Assembly: GCA_964252035.1 (NCBI GenBank)
Contig: OZ176200.1
DNA length: 64,000 bases
Strand: one strand, 5' to 3'
Origin: Podarcis erhardii
Lineage: Eukaryota
The notes beneath the pieces were generated by a model. That model was not told the DNA's origin and searched no databases. It was given only the letters and a program-made list of their open reading frames with translations. A program made the translations under genes and the position numbers. Within the stretch, counting starts at the first letter, position 1. Each line of letters begins with the position of its first letter. This document shows, piece by piece, positions 41,281-54,548 of this stretch.

Positions 41281-41864
41281 GTATATAAATATCCTTATTA
41301 AGTGCTACACTGCTGTGAATTAGAACTTCTTTGCAAATTGTTACATGTACAATCCAGAGAATTGCTGGAATTTCTTCCTTACACTGTTCTGAAAAGAGTA
41401 ATATTACAGCAACCTATGAGTATCTAGCTACATATCTATCTAGGGTGCAGCAGCTCTAGGTGTACCATGAATTATGAGACAAATCAGGGCATTTTGAATC
41501 TATTTTATTTAAGTTGGATTTCACTGTTAATAAGGCATGATATGGAGCTGCATCAGAGACTCTCTGAACTTCAGAGTGGTTTGGAGACTTTAGCTTTCGA
41601 AAGTGCATGCCCACCCTCCATGCAAAGCTAACAGCGGAAATGGGAGCTGCCCAAAGTGGCTGGGGAAATCCAGCCAGATGGGCGGGGTATAGATATATAA
41701 ATTATTATTATTAACTTGAAAAGCAGCTTTTTGTCTGGGATTTAAATGAAGTTTATTATCGTGTGTGACACACATTAAGGGTCTGGCACCTTGATGTTAG
41801 TGTTGCTGTTTTTGCTAATTTCCATTGATTTCAGTTACAACTAAGTTTGCAGTCCTAGCCTCAC

Positions 41865-41914
41865 TTACCTGGGAGTAAGCCCCTTTGAATTACCTGGGAG
41901 TAAGCCCCTTTGAA
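41865..41914. repeat. 25-bp perfect tandem duplication inside a small squamate palindromic element
   Basis: TTACCTGGGAGTAAGCCCCTTTGAA twice. Confidence 0.9.
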
Positions 41915-42039
41915 TTCATTGAAACTAATTTGGGCTGTAATCCTAACCCTGCCTTTCAAGAAGTAAGCCTCAATGAACAGTATTTACTCCCATGTAGTAG
42001 GGTTAGCTGGATACCTAACCCATAGACTGCAATCCTAAC

Positions 42040-42185
42040 TTGTTCCATCAGTGCAAGGATTTTTACTTGCACAGTGGAATTTCCTGCCCTTCTGCCCCTA
42101 CACCCCCTAAATCTGTTCTGGGGGTACCCAGAAGAGGGGGAGAAGTTCCATTGCACAAGCAGAAATCCTTGTCCTGATGGAACAA
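42040..42185. mobile_element. MITE with 23-bp inverted termini
   Basis: TTGTTCCATCAGTGCAAGGATTT ... AAATCCTTGTCCTGATGGAACAA (21/23 complementary). Confidence 0.65.
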
Positions 42186-42406
42186 ATAAGTTGGTTACCA
42201 TTCCTAGTCTGTATCCAACCCATTGTGTCTAAATGGACACAGGTCCGTATTTTCCAGGTCTCCTAAATTGCAAAGATTAGCAGTACTTAATTGGATGATT
42301 AAGACTGGTTTTCTTTTGACAGTGAATTAGGGAAATGTTATGAAAGTGCAGAAGAGATTTTTAATTGACATTTTGAATATATTAAAACACTTTTTTTCTT
42401 TTTAAG

Positions 42407-42550
42407 GACAAACAGTCATGGCAAAATGAATATGAAATATACAGCTTGCCTGGAATGAAGCATGAAAACATACTACAGTTTATTGGTGCTGAGAAACGAG
42501 GCACCAACATTGATGTTGATTTGTGGCTAATAACAGCATTTCATGAAAAG
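42407..42550 (+). CDS. ACVR2A: ACVR2A exon 6
   Basis: [48 protein letters not shown]; 144 nt. Confidence 0.98.
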
Positions 42551-42766
42551 GTTTGTTGTCTTTGTCAAGTACTACAGTTTTCATAACAGCCCCCTACTGC
42601 CCACCGTCTCTGAAAAAATGTTTGTTGTAAGAAAATGGATTTGGGGTATAGTCCTAAAGCATCTGTACTTCAACAGGCTATTAAAAGTAGTTCTGGCCCT
42701 CAAACAATGAGTGTTTGCTGCGAATGTATATGGCAAAAAAAGGGGGGCATTCTTGCTTCTACCATA

Positions 42767-43093
42767 CAGTGGTGCCCCGCAAGACGAACGCCTCGCAAGA
42801 CGGAAAACCCGCTAGACGAAAGGGTTTTCCGTTTTGGAGGCGCTTCGCAAAACGAATTTCCCTATGGGCTTGCTTCGCAAGACGAAAATGTCTTGCGAGT
42901 TCCTGCGGGTTTTTTCCCTCCCCCCCCCTTTTCCTAAACCCTAAGCCGCTTATCAGCTGATCCGCTAAAAGCCGCTAAACCGCTAATAGCGCTAATCCGC
43001 TAAGCTGTCAATGGGCTTGCTTCACAAGATGAAAAAAACGCTATACGAAGAGCCTCACGGAACGGATTAATTTCGTCTTGCGAGGCACCACTG
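42767..43093. mobile_element. Tc1/mariner (Tigger-like) MITE
   Basis: TIR CAGTGGTGCC(C/T)CGCAAGACGAA at both ends; TA duplication on both sides. Confidence 0.9.
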
Positions 43094-43846
43094 TATTAGG
43101 CTAATGTTAAATTGTATTATGGATCTTGGAGGTGGAAAAGCCCCCCCCCCCAAATATATATATTACGTTTATCCTCCCATTCTTTAAAAAAAAAAAAAAA
43201 TATGCAGTGTGGTTTATATCCACAGAGCTAATGGCTTTTAATTCTACTTTCAGTTCTGTTGAACTGAACTGAACACCACAGTTCTGTGGTGTGAAACCAT
43301 CTCTGTATTCCCACTGCGTTCCCTACCCTATGACCTTAGGCACAGAGTATCTTGGGTATCTATGGTTTTAGAACTGTGGATGTAATTAAGATGGGTGCCT
43401 AAATGTGTGTGCTATTCTCTATGTTCCTTGGAAATTTCCATGCAAGTTCTAAAGCCCGTTCTACCTTACCAGTGGCTATTTTTTCCCTTATGAGTAAATC
43501 TGATAGAATTAGACTGAAAGGGAGTTCAGGATAATTGTCACATTGGAGATCAAACAGTTACCATGTCATCTCTAACAGGCATGCAGAGCTGCATTCTAAA
43601 TGTGTATGCAAACTTCCTTCTTGCAGCAGTATTGGAAATTGTGTGGCTCTGTCTTAATATTGCAGTGAATAAGGAGAAGCCTATGCTAGTCAAAAACATG
43701 TTTGTGTACATTGGAGCACTTGCAAAGATCTGCAGCTGGGACACTTGTACTAGTTGTTTTACACCTATATCTTGTTATAGCCGGTTTGGGAGGGGACTAT
43801 GTTGAAAACCTGTAAGATGTAAAAAAAATTATTCTCTGTTGTTTAG

Positions 43847-43992
43847 GGTTCGCTTACTGACTTCTTGAAGGCTAATGTAGTCTCATGGAATGAGCTATGT
43901 CACATTGCGGAAAGTATGGCTAGAGGTTTGGCATACCTTCATGAGGACATCCCTGGTCTAAAAGATGGACACAAACCAGCTATATCCCATAG
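43847..43992 (+). CDS. ACVR2A: ACVR2A exon 7
   Basis: [48 protein letters not shown](R); 146 nt. Confidence 0.98.
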
Positions 43993-44009
43993 GTAAGAGA
44001 TTTCAGATA

Positions 44010-44239
44010 CAGTGGTACCTCGGGTTAAGAACTTAATTCGTTCTGAAGGTCTGTTCTTAACCTGAAACTGTTTTAACCTGAAGCACCACTTTAGCTAATG
44101 GGGTCTCCCACTGCTGCTGTGCCGCCGGAGCATAATTTCTGTTCTTATCCTGAAGCAAATTTCTTCTATTTCTGGGTTAGTGGAGTCTGTAACCTGAAGC
44201 GTATGTAACCTGAAGCATATGTAACCCGAGGTACCACTG
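44010..44239. mobile_element. Tc1/mariner (Tigger-like) MITE, family copy A
   Basis: TIR CAGTGGTACCTCGGGTT...AACCCGAGGTACCACTG; TA TSD; starts 17 nt after the exon 7 donor. Confidence 0.92.
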
Positions 44240-45842
44240 TACTAGCTGAACTGTCACTGCATCTTAAATGTAAACAGAATAAATTAACTTCACAATCCTT
44301 CAGAGGTCCAGTAGTTGTATTATTTTATGTGATTGCATGACTGTAAGAAGTATATCATGTTTAGAGTTACGAAAAGCAACATTTGTGTGTTGGTTGCCAA
44401 ATTTAATTGATAATGTTTATTTTGACAGTTTATATATCATTTATTTACAACTGTAGTGTGTGAAATACTCATTACGGTGAAAATAAAAAAGAGTTAAAAC
44501 GATAAAATCGTCATTAAAATAAAATAATTAAAATAAAAGCAATTAAAATAGTATAATTTCCATCTCACTTACCTAATTCCAACCGCATCTGATGGGGTAG
44601 GGTTTCACATAAAAAAAACTTCAGGCCACTTTATAAATATGGTTCTGAAAGAGGAGGAGAACCTCAGGCCCAGGACCCAAATGCCCCCCCCCTGCTTTAT
44701 CTGGTCCATAGGATTCTCCTAAGCTCGTCTCTCTCACTGGGCCTTCACTATGCCCTCCTGGAGTGCTTTGGCCAGGCTAGAACATGTCCTCGAACCTTGG
44801 TGATGCCTCTTGCTTGCCTAGATAGGGAAATGTGTGTGGATCTGAGGGAATGAAGACCACTGGCTAAAAGCGACACCCCCTACCCCCCCCACTCTAAAAA
44901 GTGAGTTTGAAAGTGCCATCTGACACATTTCTTTCTCTTAAATACTATTATAGTGATACTTAGGCTATGAAAAGCCACTTTTCCATTACATAAGCAGTGG
45001 AACTAGACACCAATATTAGTTTCGATGGATGAATGTATTTCTCATGGAGATGCTTGTAGCATTGAAGGGCAAGAAAACTTGTTACTCTTTAATTATATGA
45101 CTGCGTATTTTACTGCTAAAAACAGCAGGTGCCTTCACCCCTTCAATTTAAGACTAGGGCTTAGGAAGAATACAAAAATAATAGTTTACCTGTGTTGAGT
45201 TGTGCCCAACGGCAAGGGGAGTTCAGGTTTTAGTTTTCCCATGCCTCCTTGCAGGATCACAAATACAGAAAAGGTCTGAAACTCCAGCTTTCTGCCCCAG
45301 ATTTGTGAAGCTTGTGAAGTAAAGTTAGCAAACTGAAAACCTCTCTGAAGTGGCTTGTGGTAGTTCTTACACCATTACTATTCCTTCACTTGGCCCGATG
45401 AAAGCAATCTTTTAAAAAGAACAAACTGTGATTATGGCATGAAATGAGCGTGAGTTCAGGATCCTCTCCCCAATTCATATTAAATGGTTAGGAGAGAAAC
45501 TGCCTCTCCTTTCTGCCCTCTACTCAATTCTCTATAGAGGAATGGTGGAATGATTTGTTTCCCTTCCCATTAGGATTTTGAACGGGCTGCAGCAGAGAGA
45601 TGCACTTTAAGAGCAAACAGCCTTCCTTCTCTGTACAGGACTCAGAAGGCCCAAGGGTTGCTGGTGATGACTGCTTACAACTTTGTAAAAGCCAACATTT
45701 GTGAGCCCCTGATGATAGTTACACTTAATGAATAAATCTAAGCTGAGGTTCAAACATATGCAGGTGTTGTTCAGCAAGGTATTTTTAAGCTTTATGATTA
45801 TGTAGCAATTTTTATATTGGTGCATGTTTTCTTTTTTTCAAG

Positions 45843-45957
45843 GGACATCAAAAGCAAGAATGTGTTGTTGAAAAATAATCTTACAGCTTGTATTGCTGAC
45901 TTTGGCCTTGCTTTAAAATTTGAGGCTGGGAAGTCGGCAGGTGACACACATGGTCAG
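45843..45957 (+). CDS. ACVR2A: ACVR2A exon 8 (catalytic loop, DFG)
   Basis: [38 protein letters not shown]; 115 nt. Confidence 0.98.
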
Positions 45958-46167
45958 GTAAGTTTAAAGTTTAAAGAATTGTGATTCTTTTTGGGATTGA
46001 AATAAATTTCCCTATTTTCTGGAGTTTTCCATGAGAGGGAGGAGGCTTGTAGACTTGTTGTTATGAAAATCCGACTAGGTCTATCACATCAGTTTTGAAT
46101 GCTTTCTCTTGATAAAATGTGGCATAGTAATCATTGATACGAGCACTTTAACACTGCAGAGAAACTA

Positions 46168-46516
46168 CCATATATACTCGAGTAGAAGCCGACTTTTTCA
46201 GCACATTTTTTATGCTGAGAAAGCCCCCCTCGGCTTACACTCGAGGGAGGTAGTGGCGGAGGGACGAGCGGCCCGAAAAGCTGCTCTTTCCTCCTCCTCT
46301 GCCTTTGCCGCTGTCGGCGGCAGTGGAGGAGGAACGAGCAGCCCGAAAGCAGCCCTTTCGGGCTGCTTGTTCTCCCTCCACCACTGCCGCCACCACCAGG
46401 TTTGTGGTGTGGTGTGAACCGGCTTATACTTGAATCAATAAGTTTTCCCAGTTTTTTGTGCTAAAATTAGATGCCTCGGCTTATATTTGGGTCGGCTTAT
46501 ACTCAAGTATATACAG
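46168..46516. mobile_element. Tc1/mariner (pogo/Tc2-like) MITE
   Basis: CCATATATACTCGAGTAGAAGCCGAC ... GTCGGCTTATACTCAAGTATATACAG; TA on both sides. Confidence 0.88.
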
Positions 46517-46959
46517 TAATACCAAGTAGGAAAATTTAAACTGTTAGTTTGCTTTCAGACATGGTTCTCCTTCCCTTTATGAAGCCTGAAAGAGATCTAA
46601 AACATAGATATATGTATTTTGGGGCAGGATGGAGCACACACCTTTGCCAACAGTTCTTGTATCTCTTAATTCCTTTATTAGCCATTTTGAAAGAATGCTG
46701 ATGGCTACTGAAACATAAATAATAATGCTCTTTTAGTATGCAATATTCTGGACAGTTTACTTGTTAAGAAATGTTATTGGATTTTCTTTTGGTTTAGAAT
46801 GTGAGCTATTCCAAAGTAAAATGAAAGACTTAAGAGCTTTACATAATTTCCATTCGAATGGCAATTAACGATGTTTAAAAATTTCTCTAGAACACATGCT
46901 GGATGTTAGCATATTTTGAAACCTGAATTACATACGGTTGTGACCCTAACATCTAGTGA

Positions 46960-47118
<159 letters not shown>

Positions 47119-48147
47119 TAAAGTGTATGTGTGTTGTACACACATGAAATGTTCGAAGCTTATATTCTTTCCGCTGGATACATATAAAGAGAAATTAAAG
47201 CAAAACTGTCCATGAGTGTTGGTACAGAACCCAGAAAACAGCATCTGACCGGAGTCAGCAAACAGCCCACTCATCTTGAAATCTACCCATGTAGGAGGTT
47301 ACCAGGAGCAAGTAATAGCTTAATCAAATTCTCGCTGTTGAAACAGACTGTAGTGCAATCTGTTTCTACTCTTTTCTGCAGTCTTTCAGCAATGTAGGAG
47401 TGGAGCAGATAATCTTACATATAATTACAGAATGCAGGGTTGAAGCAAGGTGAATTCACCTTACAGAAGGGAGCAGAAGTGGTTTTCCAAAGGGTATTTG
47501 TAGATATCTTGCAAAAGCAGAGTGTTGAGATGGCCATCCATTCATTAAAATGGATATCTGAACGTGTGTGAATGAACTCTGAGTAAGCCCTAAGCCATCA
47601 ACCCAAACTGATCAAACATATCAAGGCAAGAATAAAATGTATTTGGGGTTGTAACTAACTTCAACTGAACTTTGGAGTGAGTTGTTACCCTTATAAAAAC
47701 ATCCTGGCATGGTATGCTTCCCTCTGCAGTTTTTAATGCTTGGAGAGCAAACTGACTGTTCTTTGGGGACATTGTGTACTGAAGTGCAATGACTATGCCC
47801 TAAAAGGACAAACTTAAAGAACCACTGACCTCAAGTTGCCGCACAAGATGTGCTTCTAGAATATGGGGATTCCCCCATACCATAATTTTTAAGTTTCCAC
47901 ATGCAAGAATTTGGATGGAACATCTTGACTTGTCTATATTTTACTGATAATAGAAGCTTAACTGAAATTGTGAATTGAACCCCACATTCTGTAGAAGACA
48001 GGTGCATGAACCATGGGAGATTCATTATGCTCAATGAACAGCCATGGGCATGTTGCCAACTTTTAGTCTAGTGTTCTACCCTAAGCAGCATGGAAGAAAG
48101 ATGTTTAAATGTGATTTACCTAACAGTTTATCTTTTTTAAAATACAG

Positions 48148-48278
48148 GACCTGTGGATGAGTACATGTTGCCTTTTGAGGAAGAGGTGGGCCAGCATCCC
48201 TCCCTTGAAGATATGCAAGAGGTTGTAGTACATAAAAAGAAGAGGCCTGTCTTGCGAGAGTGTTGGCAGAAGCATGCT
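48148..48278 (+). CDS. ACVR2A: ACVR2A exon 10
   Basis: [43 protein letters not shown]; 131 nt. Confidence 0.98.
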
Positions 48279-49337
48279 GTAAGTAATATGCTCAAACTTG
48301 CAGGGTAATATTGAAGCTTCCATTTGTAATTAAATGAAATTTCACCTGCAGAATTGTTGTTTTAAAAAAATCTATAGTGAAACTAAGATTCAGGGTACCG
48401 GACTATATTTTTGGAGAAGTTTAGACCAAGGGATGTTTAAAAAGTTTTACTATCTTTCAGGTGTTTATTTGGAGGCAGTAACATATTCAGCTGTTTCTTG
48501 AAGTTCAGGGGGGAAATCATGGGCACAATTGAGCATAAATTGAGCATTTTAAAAGTAATGAATGGGGCTTTGTGACAATTAACGTAGATCCAGTTGATCT
48601 CTATGGGATTACATTGTGACTGTCTTCTGCCAGATCCTAATGGTGTTTCAAATTGGTGTGATGCAAAGGTAAACCACAACTGTTGGTCTTGCTCTCTCTG
48701 TGTAATAGAAATCACAGATTTATAAAAGAGCCTGTAAGAATGATCATTTAAAAAATGTGAAACATTTTGTAGTACTGTATACTTCAGATGTTTAAAATTG
48801 TAAAAAATTGTCTCGTCTCAGAGCGCAAAAACTCGTGGCTCAGCCAGTTTGCAAGAAAGTTTATTGAATGAAAATTGGCTTGCAGTGTTACTTCATTGCA
48901 AGTTGCTATTAATACTAGTAGTAATGTTTATGTATAATGGTTTCACAGGATTTTTCTCCTTTAGAATGTAAAAAGTTGATAACCATGATCTTGACTTAGA
49001 CACCTGGTTAATTGGTAGCAAGTGCATGCACATAAAGGAGAACAGGTGTGTAATACACTTTCTGCAGCCCCAATCCAAATGCTGGCTGCAGAATTAGGCA
49101 GTTTCCAAGCCATCTTCAAGAGCAGCCTCATGCACAGAATGTTTAAGAGTTCTCCGAATGGGAGGTTATTAACTTTGTTTTTAAACAAGTGTGTGTTACT
49201 ATAAGAGGGATTCAAGTTTCTTCTAAGATTATCACATGCTTGACAGCTTACGTCAAAAATTGAATGTTTCCATTCTAATTACGTTGTTGATGATGATTAC
49301 TTTGTATTTAATGTAATTTATACACCTTCCTTTTTAG

Positions 49338-49532
49338 GGAATGGCAATGCTCTGTGAAACAATAGAAGAGTGTTGGGATCATGACGCAGAAGCTCGATTA
49401 TCAGCAGGCTGTGTAGAGGAAAGGATTATTCAGATGCAAAGACTAACAAACATTATAACAACAGAGGACATTGTGACTGTGGTCACCATGGTGACAAATG
49501 TAGACTTTCCTCCCAAAGAATCCAGTCTATGA
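49338..49532 (+). CDS. ACVR2A: ACVR2A exon 11 (last coding exon)
   Basis: [64 protein letters not shown]; 195 nt. Confidence 0.99.
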   Translation, partial: GMAMLCETIEECWDHDAEARLSAGCVEERIIQMQRLTNIITTEDIVTVVTMVTNVDFPPKESSL

Positions 49533-52500
49533 TAGCTACAATGGTCACACATCTTTACCCATCAGACTCTGAACTGGAGCTGCTAAGCTAATGGGCCTGT
49601 TTCTGCTCAACAGTTTTCTCTGTGTGAAATTATGGAATGGTAAGTTTGTCTTTGGAGTGTGAGTAGGAAGACGCCTCCTTGCCCTACTCCAGACATGAAT
49701 CCAGGAGACTTACTGCATTCCTTGCATATGCCAGAAGGACATGGGCCTGAGAATATGGCAAGGTGATGTTTCAGGAACTTATTTGAAGAACATGGACCTA
49801 TCCTGGCTGGTGAAAGATTTTAAAAGCTGACATTGTATTTCTTAATATGTCAGAGACACTAATTCCTTAAAATGAACTACTGCTATTTTTTTTAAATCAA
49901 ACATTTCATTTCAGATTTAAGAAAAAAGGGTAACTTGTTTTTATTGCATTTGCTGTTGTGTTTATATAAATGACTATTGTAATGCCAATATGACACAGCT
50001 TGTGAATGTTTAGTGTGCTGCTGTTCTATGTAATCAACGTGGGATCTAGCAAAAAGGCTTCCAAGCATTACTTAACCTCCCTCAACAAGGTATACCTCAG
50101 TTCCACCTATGCTAAATTGACAACACTAACAAAACTGAAATAATTGATTGATCTGAATTTTGTAAAATATGTATTACAGATTCACAGTGTTTTTTTAAAT
50201 AAAAAGATGGTAAGCTGTGCTTCATGCCAACAGACAATGGCCATTCCTAAAACAGTGGTATTAGCCTTTCTGTGTTCTAGCTTGTGTATAAAAAAGTATT
50301 GTTTGAAATGGCAAATTGCCCGGTTTTTAGTTTAAAGCTTTATTTTACCTCCACTTCCCAAAATATTGCATACATTTATTTTACTAAATATTATTTAGGT
50401 TTGCTGTGTGAAAATATTTTAAAGATTTAAGCATGACTTAAAAATTAAATTTTTATGTGAGCTATGGCACTGGAAAGCTCTTAATTTTAATTCTTTTTAA
50501 GGAAGATTTTTTCCCCAATCTATGTATGTTAATGTTCTGCCTAGTGTATTTTCTGTTTCACTAAACAGGATACAGCACCTTCTGTATCACTGTTTCAGGA
50601 TCACCTCAGGAAGCTTCATTACCCAGAACTCCTCACTCTTCATGTGTTGCCTTTTGCAGCTTCACAACACTTGATTTTTGGTGCCGACTTGTCAGAGTAG
50701 TATTTTTCTGTGATGCATAGGTTTGCCCTGTGGTCACTAAATTAAAAGTAAGTTACACATTCGCTCTCAAAATATGCTTGCCATCAAATGCAATTATTTC
50801 TGTAGAGATTACAATGTAGCACAGTCTAGAAAAAACAACCCTACAACTTTAAATTTAAACTACTGTATTCAAGAGTTATAGGCATTTAAGAAGTTAAGCC
50901 TTACAATAAAAAAAGAAAACTCTAGTAACTGGGCAGCAGGTAGACAGGTGCCAAAGTACTTCTCAAAAGTAATAATACACTAGAGTTATTTGATCAGCTA
51001 CATGTACACAGGCCAAAGTAAGTTAACTGTCTAAAACTAAAGTACAGAACCAACAGTAGCCAGTGTTACGAGATTCTGGTCAGGTGCATTAGACTTTTAA
51101 ATAGTGTTTTTTAATGTCACAATCAGAAGTTCACTGTGAATGTTCTTGTAACAGTTATTTATTTAAGCCAGTGTTTTCTTATGTACCAAATCTCTGGGAA
51201 CAAATAAGAATTATTTATTAACAAAATTTTGATCACCAAACTTACTAGGAAGAGCAGTAATAGCAGAGTTGTTTTGTGTGTAACTGGCATACCACCCAGA
51301 GGTTTTTTTAATTTATCTTTTTTTTCTGTAGCCGTAAGAACCCCATGGTCTGATTGGGTTAAAAATACTGTTGGGCACAATTGCTATTTTTCTTTGTTGA
51401 CAGAGAGGGACTTTGAATTATTATTATTATTTGGACTAAGGTAAATTATGTGCTTGCTTCTGATTTTAGGGCTTGATATAACAACTTAAGAAGTCTTGCC
51501 TGAAAATATCCAAATGGACAGATATTAGGACAATGTAGGAACTGTGTATTGGTGATTATCCAGAAACATGTAAATACAATAACAATTTTAAAACACAGTT
51601 GCCATGTTTGTTTTGGAGAATCTACTCCAATTTTTAATAGAGCAGCTTTCCATCAAACACTAATTTCCACCAATATGATCCTTGAGCCAGGTGGCAACTT
51701 TTCTCTTGTGTATTTTTTGCTAATGCATTTCCGTTTGCAGGTCATATAGGGAAAATCATCAGAACTTGACAATCAAATGGGGTAATGTCTCCATCCTTTT
51801 TTTTTTTTTTTTTTTAAATGACTTTTGAAATCCCCCAATAAGTACAGTACCTTTATTCAGATTTTTAAAGAATTATCATGAATTAATTGTTCAGGAAAAA
51901 TATCTTACTTTTTAAAAGCTATTTTGGTAGAATCTGTGAAATTGCTAAAATTCACCAAACTGTAGATCCATATTTAAGATATTGCAGAGAACCTCAACAT
52001 CTTTGTTTCCAACTTAGGCGGAAAATGTAGAGGTGGGCAAGTTTTAAAATGCTTAAGCCAAGACCCACAAATAAAGCCACATATTAAGAGAGAAAAAGGC
52101 TGAGCTAGGATGCTCTGGTTTCTGGCAGATATTGTGACCATTGTTGCTTTTTGTATTTGAACCATACAGCGTGTGTGGATCTGGCCAGCTCGGGTGGTTT
52201 ACCTTGTATTTTTGACTTGTGAAGGAAAGCTAGGGCTATGGCTCAAGCTTTCAGTTGTCTTTGGTTTGCCTGTATCTACTTAGTTGGCTGCCATATAATT
52301 GCCACAGAATTTAACTGATTAGCCAGTTTTGTGATCAACTCAGAAGTCTAAACCCTGCAATACCTTTTCAGTTTGTGTTAGATGCTAAGAACTTATATCA
52401 CATGATGCATGACTACTCTTTGTACAGTTCCTACTAAATATAACTTAGCATTTCGGAACAGATTGTGCCTCGTAATTGTTGGAGTTCTTTGACCTAGCGT

Positions 52501-53095
52501 TCATTCATGGTGGTATTCTGAAAATGAGTCTGGATTAAAATACACAACATTATACCTTCTTTGATAGCGAAATCCATGTGGAGTAGCTCTTGCATAACTA
52601 AGGTGTAATCAGATGTAGTAGTAATAAATATTGTTCATACTACAGTTCTACAGAATAAATTGCTGATTGTAGTTTAACAAAGTGAGGTGACTTGATTGGT
52701 TGACCTTTTTCCAGTTTTCTCTTTTTAACCTTTTTAATGCATTTTTATTAGGAATATTTGGTATAAGATGCAGAAAGCTATGTACAGGATTATGAGCAAA
52801 CAATGATAGTATCCTTGTTGGAACACCATTTACCTCAAGATACTCAACCAGCAGTACGTTTTGGTTTTTTTTAAATGCACACTCAGTCCATATAAGATGT
52901 TACCTCTCAAGATATTGGTAAACAATTATTTTAGCTTTACTCTGTACTTGTCAGTGTTCTTGGCACAGGTGGTTGTACTACTGTCAAATTGCTCTTGCGA
53001 TTTTTTGGCAAGTATTTAAAAAGAAAATAACCCCCATTCTGGATAAGTGATTGTGAAATATTGTATAAATAAAATGTATGCGCTCTTTCCTTATT
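49533..53095 (+). other. ACVR2A: ACVR2A 3'UTR (~3.5 kb)
   Basis: AU-rich, no recognisable TEs, multiple miRNA seed matches, ends at paired AATAAA signals. The 3' end is inferred. Confidence 0.7.
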
Positions 53096-53113
53096 CCCAC
53101 AAAGATGAATAAA
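53068..53113 (+). terminator. ACVR2A polyadenylation signals
   Basis: AATAAA at 53068-53073 (after TGTAT) and at 53108-53113. Confidence 0.65.
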
Positions 53114-54511
53114 AATTTAAGTGACTACTAAGATTGGCATAGTCTTTCTCCCCCGCCCCATTTTAATTCTGTGAATTTATGTATGCTGGATGGCATTCAA
53201 CATTTTACACATTCCCAAGACTTCTGCTTTCTCTGCAATATTTATTCCAGAGGGTCCCCAACTTTCTGGAACCGATGGGAGGGGGAGTCCTGTTGTGCAA
53301 GTAGGAACATATTGCCCAGTATGTTTATACTCCCTTGCTCTTTCATTCAGAAGTGGTTGAAAAAAGGGATGATCCGAACTACTCTATACATTCTTAAACA
53401 GGCCCTTGCTAAGCTGACAACTGCGACTGGATTTCTCCCACCACCACCAGTGTAAACAGCCATGTTTAAGATTAGAATAAAAAGACACTGTCTTTCTGTA
53501 CATGTTTTAAATTAGTGTGTGAAGCCTTTCTAGATGTTGTCATGGCACTATTTTGGTATTCACCCTCATACAATTGCAAGGGTATGAGAGGGGAAGAGCA
53601 CAACTGCACTCAGTTCTCATCCCCTGCCACTTTCCATATATTGGAGAGAGGGCCTGAACAAACAAAACGGCTGTACAATGGCTTTTGGAACCTTGTGTTT
53701 GTACAAACAGGGCTCCTAAATTTGAAGGACAGTGTATTTACATAAACCCTACTTTTTACCAAGTGAGAAAAACTGAAGGCTCATTCAAAATTTGTCTACC
53801 AATATGTAATGAATTTTGGCTGTTGATGGAATCACTCCTGTGATTACAGATTGTCTGGAGACAACATATGGACCAAGAGCTACTGAACTCTCTCCTCTAT
53901 AAGCTGTTACATTTGCCTGATACTAGTAAACAAATAACCAATAAAGAGATCTTGTCTGCTCTTTTGTTGCAGCTAAAGTGGGCTGAGGGAAGAAGAGAAA
54001 GTCGGATACTTAACTACCAAAGCAATACCAATGTAAAGGGATAGTAAAGGCTGCTCAGTACTCTCATCAATTGCTCTTGTGTGAATGAATACCTGACTGT
54101 TTGCATGGCAGGCATGCAGGCCTTGATTGAAAATACCACACCCCCCCAAAAAAAACACCCCCACTTATATCGTCTGATTCTGCACTGTGAACTATGGTGG
54201 TAACCCTGTCTTCCAAGTGTGTGTAAGACACTATCACATCTAACACAACAACTGGGACTGCAAATTAAAGTGGCAGCAGATATTCATACATGTTTCTTCC
54301 CAAAGGTGAAGCTCTCTCCATGATGCTTTCCCTTCACCCAGGCTTACTACTTCTACCAGATTACAACTGGGAAGGAGGAGGAATTTGGTGATGGACTGCA
54401 GGAAAGTGCATCACACAGACCTGCGATCTTAAATTGTATCTGCTGCTGCTGCTGTCATTGTTATCCTAGCATGGGGAGTTTCTTACATACAGTCATTTGG
54501 AGCACTTGCAG

Positions 54512-54548
54512 GTGTGTGTGTGTGTGTGTGCGCGCACACACACACACG
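54512..54548. repeat. (GT)n(GC)3(AC)n compound microsatellite
   Basis: 37 bp of strict purine/pyrimidine alternation containing a perfect 30-bp palindrome (54518-54547). Confidence 0.95.
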
